From assembly GCA_002633005.1 (NCBI GenBank), contig NMRA01000005.1, positions 537,913 through 601,912 of the forward strand: a DNA stretch of 64,000 bases, written 5' to 3'. Source of the stretch: Phoronis australis (taxonomy: Eukaryota; Animalia; Phoronida). Positions 37,484 to 47,989 of the stretch are shown here, piece after piece (position 1 is the stretch's first letter; each line of letters opens with the position of its first letter). Position numbers and translations under genes: made by a program. The notes under the pieces were generated by a model. That model saw only the letters and a list, made by a program, of their open reading frames with translations. It was not told where the DNA came from and made no database searches.

Positions 37484-39279
37484 GGCAGCAATTCGCACCC
37501 CGAACTGCCAAATAGTATCTGGGAGAATTTTAGGGGGGCATGGCCCCCTTGGCCCCCCCCCCCCCTAAATCTGCCACTGCATGCGGGGACAAGATGGTGC
37601 TGCCCACTACCCGTGGGCCCTATGTATGCACGTACAACCTTAGTGAGCCGGTGTAGCATTAAATAATGACCCCGTGAAAAAACAATCCATGGGTAATTTT
37701 TTAATTCATTGCTAAAAATGACCCCGGGTAGTTTTTACGTGGGGCCGTAATTCAATGTGAATTATTTTCAACCCATGAGAAAATGACTCCAAGACAGTGA
37801 AAACTTGTCCTGTCATTATTCAACGGTTTCCCCGCAACAGGGGGTTGGGATAAGCACTGAGACATGTCACATGATACCCGCATCGGGGGATCAGTCTTTC
37901 AACAAAGTTCGATACGTGGATGTTTATGTCTGGGGGTGACCTTCCCAGGTGGCGGGGGCTACTGGCGAGGAGTGGTAGACGATTCTTAACTAGCCGGGGA
38001 CTACCGCGGGAATGGGGGCGTATTCAGTACACAACGATCAAGACTACTACTGAGGATCGAGGGGGCTGCCAACGAAATGTCAAATGACGGGGGCAAGGAT
38101 CAGAGCTTTTGTCGACCGTCAGAACGAGGGGGAGGAGATGAGACAAGGGAGGGAGAGACAACGAGCCTTTTTCAATCATGGAGGGGGCTCCAACTTGGCA
38201 CCCCCTTGTTGATACCTCCTTGAAGGAGGTGTAAACAGGGGGGCGGGGTGCGCCAAGGAGCTAGGTCTCATAAAGAGGGCTCCTGACGCAATAGACATCG
38301 CGCGGCGACGGCTGTATGATTTGCATACGCTTGAGTGAAAAATTTTATGCTCGCCTGAGTGGCGCGCCGGCTGCAAGGGAAATCTACGTGCGATTGCCTT
38401 GGTTTTTCAGTTGGCACTGAGCTGAAAGTCAGAGACCAAGCCAGGAATATGAAGATCGTGTGGAGCTGGGGCCGGTCTGTTCGCGAGCAAAGAATATTAT
38501 GTGTGACTGAGAAGCCCTGAGCGAAAACTGTGGTGCTGTCTCAGTTGGATCGAAGAAATTTGAGTGGGTCACTGAAGCGTGCGTGAGAACTCGGCTAGTC
38601 ACTAGCGACGCGCCGGGTTGAGTACGGTGGCGTAAAGGACTACGCCTTGAAAAATGTCCCACGTTCATGGAGTGGGGCTGATCTCTTTGCGAGCAAATAA
38701 TTACACGGTGCGGGGATACGAAAGGCCGAAAAGTGCCTGTTGCTAGATCGGGGGAACTTCAAAACCGTGAAAGAGGAATAGCACTGATGTGAGATAAAAA
38801 AATATGTCCGACGCAGGCTAATCCCGGGCCCGCCGAGTCGGAGTTGGCGGGTGCACCAGAACTGAAGGGAAGTCTGCGTTCTTTGCTTTATAACCTTAAT
38901 TAAAAACCATTTATTTATATGCAAAAATTGACCCCATGGATGCATTTTTAGGTCACAGTAGTTCAAAATTAAACTTAGACCCCATTAAAAAGTGGGCCGC
39001 CGGGGCCCGGCGGCGGGCCGGCATTTTTTTCACGTGGTGATTATTTAATGGCTAAAACACCGGCCTGGACGCCGGCCGAGGCGACGACCGATGACAGTGT
39101 TGGCTCATGCCAGTGACATTGCCAACGAACGTCCATGAGACTCCTTCCTCACATGTGTCTCTAGTGAGTAATGTTGGAGCGCTTCGTGAATGAATCCCGG
39201 CGGCCACTACGCCACTGTCGTGCCCTTGCAAGTTGCTTTGGTTAACAGGGCGGTTTCATTTCCGACCACCAGGTGGCAC

Positions 39280-39335
39280 TTTTACAGGAAGTCAATCTCA
39301 TTAACAGGAAAAGTACCGTTTCAGTTTCGGTGAGT
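39280..39335 (+). promoter_or_regulatory. Putative OTU1 promoter and non-coding first exon with splice donor
   Basis: ETS-type acaggaagt near 39284 downstream of a CpG-rich patch. Donor cg|gtgagt at 39330 pairs plausibly with the acceptor tttacaacag ending at 40628, 6 nt before the OTU1 ATG. Confidence 0.4.
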
Positions 39336-39510
39336 TGTAGTGGTACATTTTCAACATTTTAAGATTTGCCCTGTCACGGGTGAGGTGTTCGAGGCACATG
39401 TTAACAGACCTGGAACAAGTGCAGTAACAGCACAAACGCCAGAATTTTCTGGGACGGCTTGCAAGCGAGTAGTACACAAGTACTCTACTGAGTGAAGTAC
39501 TATTATCCTA

Positions 39511-40025
39511 CAGTATAGTCCAGATACCTATCGTCGTCAGGCTCCAAAGGTCGTCCGCCATCTTCTTTCGCGTGCAGCGCAGCCACGCGGGACTTAGCGT
39601 TCCAATTTGGAGTGCTCATTTGCACGTTAGGTACTAACCTCTCGGGAGAAACACGCATGGAAGAACTGAGACTAAAATTAATGCATTTACCGACTGTTTT
39701 TTGAGACCACTTAAAAACTTGTAGATTTTACTAATGCACTTTTTTGTTCATTTTCAGAAGATATTTTCGAAATTAAATTTTCTTCAGACGGAACAAAAAG
39801 CAACTCAGGGATTGTTTATGCAATGTATCTATATGTCCCAGGCACTAACCGACACCTGTTAGGCCAAAGGAAAAATGCAGCAGACAAATGGAACACGCTG
39901 GGTGCTTAACAGTTTCGGCCCACGCCTTGGTCATCAAAACATTGTCCACTTGTTTTTTATTGCGAAACAAAGTACTGAGCTCAACATTTATGTTCAAAAT
40001 TTTGGTTAAAGCATTCTGAATTTAT
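39511..40025 (-). repeat. Uninterrupted copy of the ~510-bp dispersed repeat
   Basis: Reverse complement of 8414-8787 plus 11091-11235, with a single tcttccatg target site. Confidence 0.85.
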
Positions 40026-40634
40026 CTTTTAGTTCACTGAATTGTCGCATGTCAGCACCACGAGTGGCTATGTTGAAGTCAAATGGCATCGCACCTTCGC
40101 CGTTCAAAATAAAGTTGTTACAGAGTTTTTGGTGCGTAAATGATGAAATCCTTCATATTAAGAGTGGTTTGTTTTCCAAAATGGTCTTTTTTCTACTTTT
40201 TGATGTTTTTGCCATGATACGATCTAATAGTACATGGGTGGCACAGGACTGAAAAAGTGAATCGGGGGGCTATAGCCTCCCCCAGCCCCCTATCAGGCTA
40301 TGGTGCGCCACCCATGTAGTTGTACTCAGGGGCAGAGTCAGGATTTTTTGTTGGGGGTGGGCAAGGTCAGATTATTGGTCACGATTTAACCGTAAGATAT
40401 CTGCACCCTCGAACTGCCAAATGAAATCTGGGAGAGTTTAGGGGGGGGGGGGTTATGCCCCAACAATGCCACTCCACACCTGGTCACCACTATCTCCACA
40501 GTCGTGTGCATTACTAATTCCGCCACCCCCTGGTTGCTAACAAATCACCCTCATCATCAATATTTTGTTGTCAATTTTTGGAAACAGATTTTTGTCATGG
40601 TAAACATTTTTATTGCTATTTACAACAGATTGTT

Positions 40635-41570
40635 ATGGCAGAAGAGGCTAAGCCACTGCATTTGAGGTTCAAGTTCAACAAAGGTTGTCAGTCCATCGAT
40701 GGCCTCACTACCTTGTCTACTATGCAAGACTTGGTCACCAAGCTGTGTGTAATGACCAGCATAGAGCCAGGTTTTCTGAAGGTGTTAAATGGCTTTCCGC
40801 CCCGCCCTATTGACCTCAAAAACAGTTCAGACTTACTGGCAACACATGCTATCAAGTCTGGAGATACACTTATAGTGCAAGAGGATGAAAAGGCCAAAAT
40901 TAAAAGAAATGAAATTGTGCTTCAAGACTATGAAAAACAGATGAACAGTGGTGTGAAAGGATCTGTTTTACGCCATGTAGTCCCAGCTGATAACTCTTGC
41001 TTATTTAGAAGTGTTCATTTTGTTATGAATGGTGGGAAGGAGGATCCTGATTGTGTTGATGAGGTGCGTGAAGTGATAGCCAAGGCAGTTAGTAGGGATC
41101 CTGTCAAGTTCAACGAGGCATATTTGGCTAAGTCCAACAGTCAATATCAAGAGTGGATACGGGAAAAGGGATCATGGGGTGGGGCTATTGACCTTGCAAT
41201 ATTATCTGATCATTATGGTGTGGAGATCTGTGTTGGTAATATACACCTGCTTAACCTGACACGCTATGGCGAGGATCATAACTATCCTGAACGGGTACTA
41301 CTCATCTATGATGGAACACATTATGATCCTCTCTATTTAGAAGCATTCGACTCAGCAGCCTCTAAACAGACCAAGTTCTCGTGTGCTCACGAGGCCGGTA
41401 TTCTTAATCAAGTCCAAGAGTTGTTGACCGAGGCTTACACAAGTCGACAGTATACAGATACAAGTAAGTTCACCCTGCGCTGTGCTGTCTGTCAAGTGGG
41501 ACTTGTGGGTGAAAAAGAGGCTCAGGAGCATGCAAAGAAAACAGGACATCAAAACTTTGCAGAGTTTTAA
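40635..41570 (+). CDS. YOD1: Ubiquitin thioesterase OTU1/YOD1, 311 aa
   Basis: UBX-like N-terminus (GFPPRPI...IKSGDTLIVQE), OTU catalytic motifs VPADNSCLF, SWGGAIDL and LIYDGTHYDPL, and a C-terminal C2H2 finger CAVC...EHAKKTGH. ATG at 40635 follows an acceptor AG. Confidence 0.93.
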   Translation: MAEEAKPLHLRFKFNKGCQSIDGLTTLSTMQDLVTKLCVMTSIEPGFLKVLNGFPPRPIDLKNSSDLLATHAIKSGDTLIVQEDEKAKIKRNEIVLQDYEKQMNSGVKGSVLRHVVPADNSCLFRSVHFVMNGGKEDPDCVDEVREVIAKAVSRDPVKFNEAYLAKSNSQYQEWIREKGSWGGAIDLAILSDHYGVEICVGNIHLLNLTRYGEDHNYPERVLLIYDGTHYDPLYLEAFDSAASKQTKFSCAHEAGILNQVQELLTEAYTSRQYTDTSKFTLRCAVCQVGLVGEKEAQEHAKKTGHQNFAEF

Positions 41571-41679
41571 TTGATGACAATCAGTGGTGACTAAATAGGT
41601 AGTGATTTTTTGGACTGCACTTAACAGTTGTTTGCCAGTGTACCCTATTTTTTCACCCATCTGTACAAGGTCTGCAATC

Positions 41680-44562
41680 TAGGCCATAGTCCCAGCTCTC
41701 CTATCTTTCACCTCCGTGGCTACTTTTGGGGGCAACAGAAACTTTGCATTACACCCATCTACATAAATTCAAAAGTCAATTTCAAAAAAGTTCCCAAGAA
41801 TACACTTGCACATTTAGTAAGAATTTTAAAAAAATGGACTCAACTAATATGTTAGCCACCAGGTGTCAGTGCAAAATGATCAGAACAGCCAATCAAATGC
41901 CTGGAAAATATTGGGTCCGTACATTTCATCTTCATGAAAGCATTCGAGGACAGCCAGCTGATGTTATACTGCTGGCTTGGCTAACTTGTTTACAGCTACT
42001 GTTTACATAAATTTGAAAAGTATTAATTCTTGGAAGGGTGTGCAAGTAACTGGCATTTACCAAAGGCCAAGACTCATACATGAAAACCAGCAGGCAGCTG
42101 TTAGGGATTGAGGAAAGCCAAGTCAAGTGGCAAGTGTCAAACTAGTCAAAGTGTTATCATAGTGATACAATTCTTGGCATGTTTCTGAATCATTTTGTGC
42201 TTCCGCAAACAGCAGTTTTGAGCCAGCTAGGACACTGCTTAAACCATGAACTATTGAATGAGTGTGTGACTTCACAATAGACTGGCAAGATGTCTGCCCC
42301 TTGTTGCATTTGGGTCTCAGATTCTGCTCAAAATTTTGAGCTCCTGTAATTTTCAGGTATTACATGGTCTAAGGCTACTGCAAAAAATGGATCAACATTG
42401 AGTGCAAGTAAACTATCATTGCTGAGAAGTTTTTGACTGTGAAAAAACAGATCTCATCTATCACAAGTAGTGTCACAATAGACACTTTACGGATGTAACA
42501 AAATTGAAAGAGCTCTTAAAAAAAAAGACCAAGCTGATGATGGAAACAATGTTGAACCTACTAGAAAATTAAAAATGTTGTCACTGTCAGTTCAGTTTAA
42601 CAGAAATGTATAGGTGATACCACCACAATGTTTCATTTGCCACAAATCAAAGTCCATCACGGAGAACTTCACAAACAAAAGAAAACTTAAAAACCTATCC
42701 CAGTTCCAAACATTCACTAGTAAATAGGCCTATTCTTAATTCAAAAAAGTTGTCATTTATGGTGAAAAATCTTTAGTTTAGGCCAGAGAAAAAAGATTTA
42801 TTTTGCTTGATAAATTTGCAGTATTGGCCATTGCAATCTCAAAGCTACTGGCAGTAGATTTTACCTACATGCGGGTGATCAGCACTGCTTTTTATGAACT
42901 TCAAAGTCTGTTTCAGACCCTTTTATGTAAAAACATGAGCAGTGTTTGGAATTTGACAAAAATGAAAAAGGAAGTATTGCACGTGTTCTGTAATTCATTA
43001 TGTTAAAAATTCAAATGTTGCTGAGATTTGAGACTGACTCTAAAACAGGAAGCATCAAAAGAAATTTTAGCTCCATGGTAAATAAGATGCTTTCCAATTT
43101 CACACAAAAGCTATTGCCAAAATGACCATTCCTCTATTTTCAAAGGCTGAACTACAGTATTAAGGATGATAAAAAAAATTTATGTCGTAAATTGTTTGAA
43201 GGCAACTGTAGATTGCAATCAATGCTAGTAGCCTAGTAATGACGCTCATTTCTCTTAGCGCTTACTTAATGCTAAGCTTTTTGACAATTACTGTAACAAG
43301 GCTGAAGTGTTTAGATGAAACAGTATTTTATTTCAGGTAGGGGGCAGGCTTGCAGAGATATTTTTTAACCTTTGTCATTCAAGTTGGGCTCAACATTTGT
43401 GTTTCCTGGTCAACACATGGAAGGCATTGAACCTTTTGTGTGCAAGCTGTATGGCGACTCATCATAAAGAGTTAACAAAGCATGCTACCACATATTCAGG
43501 TTGAAATCTGTGATGGAATCATCTCTGCATTCTAATCATGATTGTTTGGTGTTACATGCCCAAAGAGCAAACTATCAGTGTGCCATTCACAAACGAGCCT
43601 TGCAACAGCATGTCAGTGCACCATCTCCAGTTGGTATTGGGTGGCATTTGGCGAAGGACAGTCTGAATTTCCACTGGATGATTCTGCCTTTAGCTCCAGA
43701 AATTTCATGAAAAATGTTAATTGCAAATGTAAAAATAGTGGTTGTAGTGCAAAAATGTGCTCTTGTTTGAAGTGGGGCATGCCATATTCTAAGTTGTGTG
43801 ACTGTCCAGACTGTGTGAACACGGTGCCTTAAGAAACAACTAATGATGATATAAATGATGATGGAGTGGATGAAGAAACATAACAAGTTTGTGCTAAACT
43901 TTTAAAGAGCTTTAAATTTGTTGCCTAATGGAAAATATTGACCATATTTTATCATGCTTGTGGCTCTCAGGGCTGCATGGTGTATCGGTCCCTGTGACAG
44001 TTGACAATGAACAGCAATATGGATAATGATAATTAATTGTGACAATTAATGAAAGTGATGAGAGTGAATTCATTGCAGAAGCATTGGAAATGTATGGTGT
44101 TCACATGAAGGTTGTGATATCAAATCTGTATCAACTTGCAAATGGTTAAACAGTATTGTTCTTTTGGTAAGAGTTTAGAATATAGTAGTATGTTTTCTGA
44201 CCAACAGGTGACGCTGCTAAAAAAATTTTCGTTTTCACTTTTTTGAGCAATTTTCCGCCTAGTGTCTTAATATTTATCACTTTTCTTGTCCAGTAACTTC
44301 AAATGAACAAATCACAATTAAATTATCTTTCAGTTTTTGTCTAGTGTTTTGGGTTTTTGAATTGAAGATTGGTTTTCTGTGCTAAGTTTTGCAAAGTCAG
44401 ATTTTTGAAAACGTGCATGTCAAACCTTAGGAACTTTTTAGATTCTTAAAGTATAGTACTTATTGACCTTAAAAACACCAAAATTTCCTTTGCCCCCAAA
44501 AAGTAGCCACGGAAGTGATTTTGTAGGCTTCTTATAGTCGAATGGACTCGGACTATGGCCTA
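41680..44562 (+). mobile_element. Deleted Academ-superfamily DNA transposon
   Basis: Termini TAGGCCATAGTCC / GGACTATGGCCTA, subterminal inverted ccgtggctacttttgggggcaa, 3-bp TSD ATC (41677-41679, 44563-44565), and an internal transposase remnant. Confidence 0.8.
43420..43832 (+). pseudogene. Academ transposase C-terminal remnant with CXC (tesmin-like) domain
   Basis: EPFVCKLYG...*...LHAQRANYQCAIHKRAL...PSPVGIGW...HW...AP, frameshifting into VNCKCKNSGCSAKMCSCLKWGMPYSKLCDCPDCVN. Confidence 0.75.
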
Positions 44563-44971
44563 ATCAGGGGTGAATGACATTGAGACAACCAGCATGCCCT
44601 ACAAACTCACTGTCCACATCTTACCTATTGTGAAATCGCTCAGTTCTCTCCTGTTTGTGTGGATTATGTAACCAGCTGAAGTTTGTATTTAAATGTCAAT
44701 CATTTTTCTCTGGGGTTTCATAAACTGATGATGGCAAGGAGACATGTATTTAACTGTACTTAAGAGAATTGTCAGTAGAGAGCTGGCAAGGATACCAAGA
44801 TGTGTGACGACTAAAGGTTCGAGGTTTGTAGTACTGTAGCTATTGGTAACAGATTTTGACCAAGCTGAACAAAATCTGTGATCCCTGAAAGTGTTTATGT
44901 GTGCAAATATACATAAATGTGGTAATCACTATTAATTTGGCAGAAATCTTTCTCGTATACATATTTCATTA

Positions 44972-45178
44972 AAGACACGGCTTTGATCTGTTCTTACTAG
45001 TTTAATTTCAGTTCTTTCCAACTCTCTAAACAAAGATCTTGTCTTTACATCACAACAGTGCAATAAAAATAAAAATAAAATTGGATTTTTATTGCACTGT
45101 TGTGATGTAAAGACAAGATCTCTGTTTAGAGAGTTGGAAAGAACTGGAATCAGTAAAAACAGATCAAAGTCGTGTCTT
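44972..45178. repeat. ~200-bp palindrome (hairpin MITE-like)
   Basis: 45009-45070 is a near-perfect inverted repeat of 45085-45146. It extends outward via aagacacggctttgatctg / cagatcaaagtcgtgtctt. Confidence 0.85.
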
Positions 45179-47897
45179 CAAAGAAATGTGGTAATATATA
45201 TTGCCCACGTTGCTACCATCTCTATCCTGGCATCCGGCGACTGTTCGTGCTTGAGGGATCTTTATGAAATTTTGTAGACATGCTTCTATCGAGCACACCT
45301 GTACCTTGTCAACTATGCCCCCCCCCCCCACCCCCCAGTGGCAATTTTGGCTTTTAGCATTTGTTTTTACATATGGCAAGTCCCTCCGTGGATCTGTTCA
45401 AAATTTGGCAGATGATGGAAGAGGAGGCATGACCCGGAAGTTTTCAGACTGTACCGCTAGTACTAGTATTTTGGTGTCTTTTTCTCTACCTGACAAACGG
45501 TTTGAACGATCGTCATGAAATTTGGCAAAAGTGCTCCTATTCATGAGAGCATGACTGAGTGACATCGATTTTTGGATGCGATCTGAATACCGTGGTGCCC
45601 CCTAGGGACTGTTTAAGGATTTTGCGACTGCTTCATTGTCTTCCAAGTTCAATGAAGAATCATCATAGTCAGTGACAATCAGTTTGACCCACATATTTCT
45701 AGTAAGAAGAAAGTTTTCAACGTTGATTTTTGGAGGAGTACAGCTAATTGCCTTTGGTCTAACTGTTTGAAATCTGACTGACGTTTCAAAAGAGAAGACG
45801 GAAGCACTTGTTTTTTCTCACGAACCTCCTAGTTGCAATTTAGTATTTTGTTTCGGGTTTGAATGTGACTTTTTCTAACAAACAGTTTAGAAGAATCACT
45901 ACGGAATTTCAGGAATGTGTTTCTATTGACCAAAGCCGGGGCGAAGTTGATTTTTGAGCAATCTCAAAATTTGCAAGTAAGGTATGATTTTTTTGGGTGG
46001 CCAGCACTTAAGCATGAATATTCTGTATTGACTTCACTTATGTTCCTTACTCCTAAATGGAATTGTTCATATTTTTCCATTTTGGATGCATACGGCGGTC
46101 CATATCTATAAACTCTGCCGCTCTTGTTACATTCTTAGGAACTGTAAAATGTGTATCAAATATCTTTTTTCAATAAACATGTTTTACCTTTCATTTGCTT
46201 CGTTTGGTATTCATCGTGGTATTTTGTATTTCCAAATGAGCCTTGTGTTTCAAGTGAATTGTACTTCTTGCGAGTGACTTAAATTCAGTCTAAACCTTGT
46301 TTTGTCGATTTCAAATTATTTTCAACCTGTCCCTTGTTAATACACCATTGGTTTCTCACTTTTGAGTGAGCAGGATTTAACTATAAACGTATACCCACTT
46401 TGTCACAGAGTGAATATTATTGCTCTTGTTGAATGGTATTTACTGGACCTAAAGCGTAGGCCATGCTTCCTCGTTTACCACCTCGGCAGTTGGCGACAGT
46501 TACAGCTAAGGCTAGAGATTAAAATATCTGTCAATAGACCGAAACCGGGTTCGTAATGTCTTGTGACAGCTGGAAGTCAGCCACTAGTACCAAAATTCGA
46601 CCAATGCACAATTCATAGCTGCGAACATACCCCGTGAATCTTAGGAAAAAGTCCACATTCTCAAAAATTCGAGCTCCCCCCATTTTTACGGCTGGGTGCG
46701 CGCATGTGTTCACGAAGACCCATAACGGGACTCTTGTTTTTAGCGCAGATGTATGGTTCATGCAACAGGCCCAACCATGAGGCCTGTGCACGTCTGATGC
46801 ACCTCAAATGACATCAGGTCACTTGCACTTTTTTATCAGAGAGACTGTCAGTCAAGAACGTTAGTATGGAAAATATGTATTGAATTTGATCTCTCTTAGG
46901 TCTCCAGAAGCAAAACTCTGGCGTGCGAGCATCGACCATCCCGGTTGAGTAGACCGCAGTTGCGTCGAAAATTCTTGTAAAAGGAGTGAATTTAATCCCA
47001 GAATTCAACGATCCAAAATTGCCGACCAGTCACTGCAATGGCCGCCATTTTGCTAGCATAGGGCATAGTAAGGAACGCGGAACATCTCGGGTATTTCTGT
47101 ACCCCCAAACGTCCCTTGGAAAAGTAAACCAATATTTGCGCTCAGTAGGTGGTTTGATTGTCAGGTTGCAGATTTTCGTCTGTAGGCTTACTAATTTTTC
47201 CAATTAAGTATTCTTCGACCGAACGAATAAGACAGGCCAATTATGCACCCTAGTGGAGCTGACCCTGGTGTATTTGCGTTTATATGGCATAAACGCACAC
47301 CGTACGTTGCACTCTGGTGTCTGCAGTCCGATTCAGTTACACATTATGTAAATTAAGTCAGGTGAGCCGGGGAGCTTCTGACTTGAGCATGTTCATTAGA
47401 GCTAACTCACATGGTCCACCTACATGTATCATTTACATCATTGATGTCACTGGAATTGTGTCTATTTTAAGATTTATTGACCCTGAGTTTGATGGGACAC
47501 TGATGCGGTGTTTTTCTCGTTATTTTCCTGTGATTACAACGTGGCTAACATTGAACTGCTGTGTTTCAGTCGTCCCTACGCAATGTCCCGAGGAACCAGG
47601 ACATTCCCGTCGCGGTCCCGGTATCGGCTGTGGTTTCAGCACCCTGGGCGGTGCACCAAATCAGTCGACGCAAGCTTCTAACCTCGAGACTGAATCACTT
47701 TGTTATTTACAGCTGCAGACACGTTTAACGTAATGTTTTGTAACATGAGCTGAGCGGAAACCAAATTTACTGCACGAATAACATATACGTCAGCGACAAA
47801 CAGGGGGACACGAAGCCCTGCAATATCGTGACTGGCCATTTGATTCGCTGCTATTATCGGAAACACGTGTGACGCGTTCCCTGTTCCAAGTAAAATG

Positions 47898-47946
47898 ACT
47901 TCCGGGTGCGTATCGTATAAATAAGCAGCTCAGCTTCCTGCCAGTC
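47898..47946 (+). promoter_or_regulatory. Core promoter of the Factor C-like gene (ETS site, TATA box, Inr-like)
   Basis: acttccgg at 47898, TATAAATA at 47916-47923, ccagtc ~25 bp downstream, ATG at 47974. Confidence 0.55.
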
Positions 47947-47973
47947 GATAAGTTTTACATTATAGCTAGCAGG

Positions 47974-47989
47974 ATGCGAAATTTACGAG
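47974..47989 (+). CDS. Factor C-like exon 1 (MRNLR)
   Basis: ATG after the TATA box; G|GTAAG donor, phase 1 fits exon 2. Confidence 0.6.

Noticed and set aside
38670-38795. Hammerhead ribozyme suggested by cgaaaggccgaaa and ctgatg
   Set aside because: The CUGAnGA core is not placed before a stem II that pairs with ggcc, and no stems I/III are evident.
40578-40634. 19-aa N-terminal extension of OTU1 in the ORF track
   Set aside because: It starts at TTG and mostly lies upstream of an acceptor AG (40628). The real start is the ATG at 40635.
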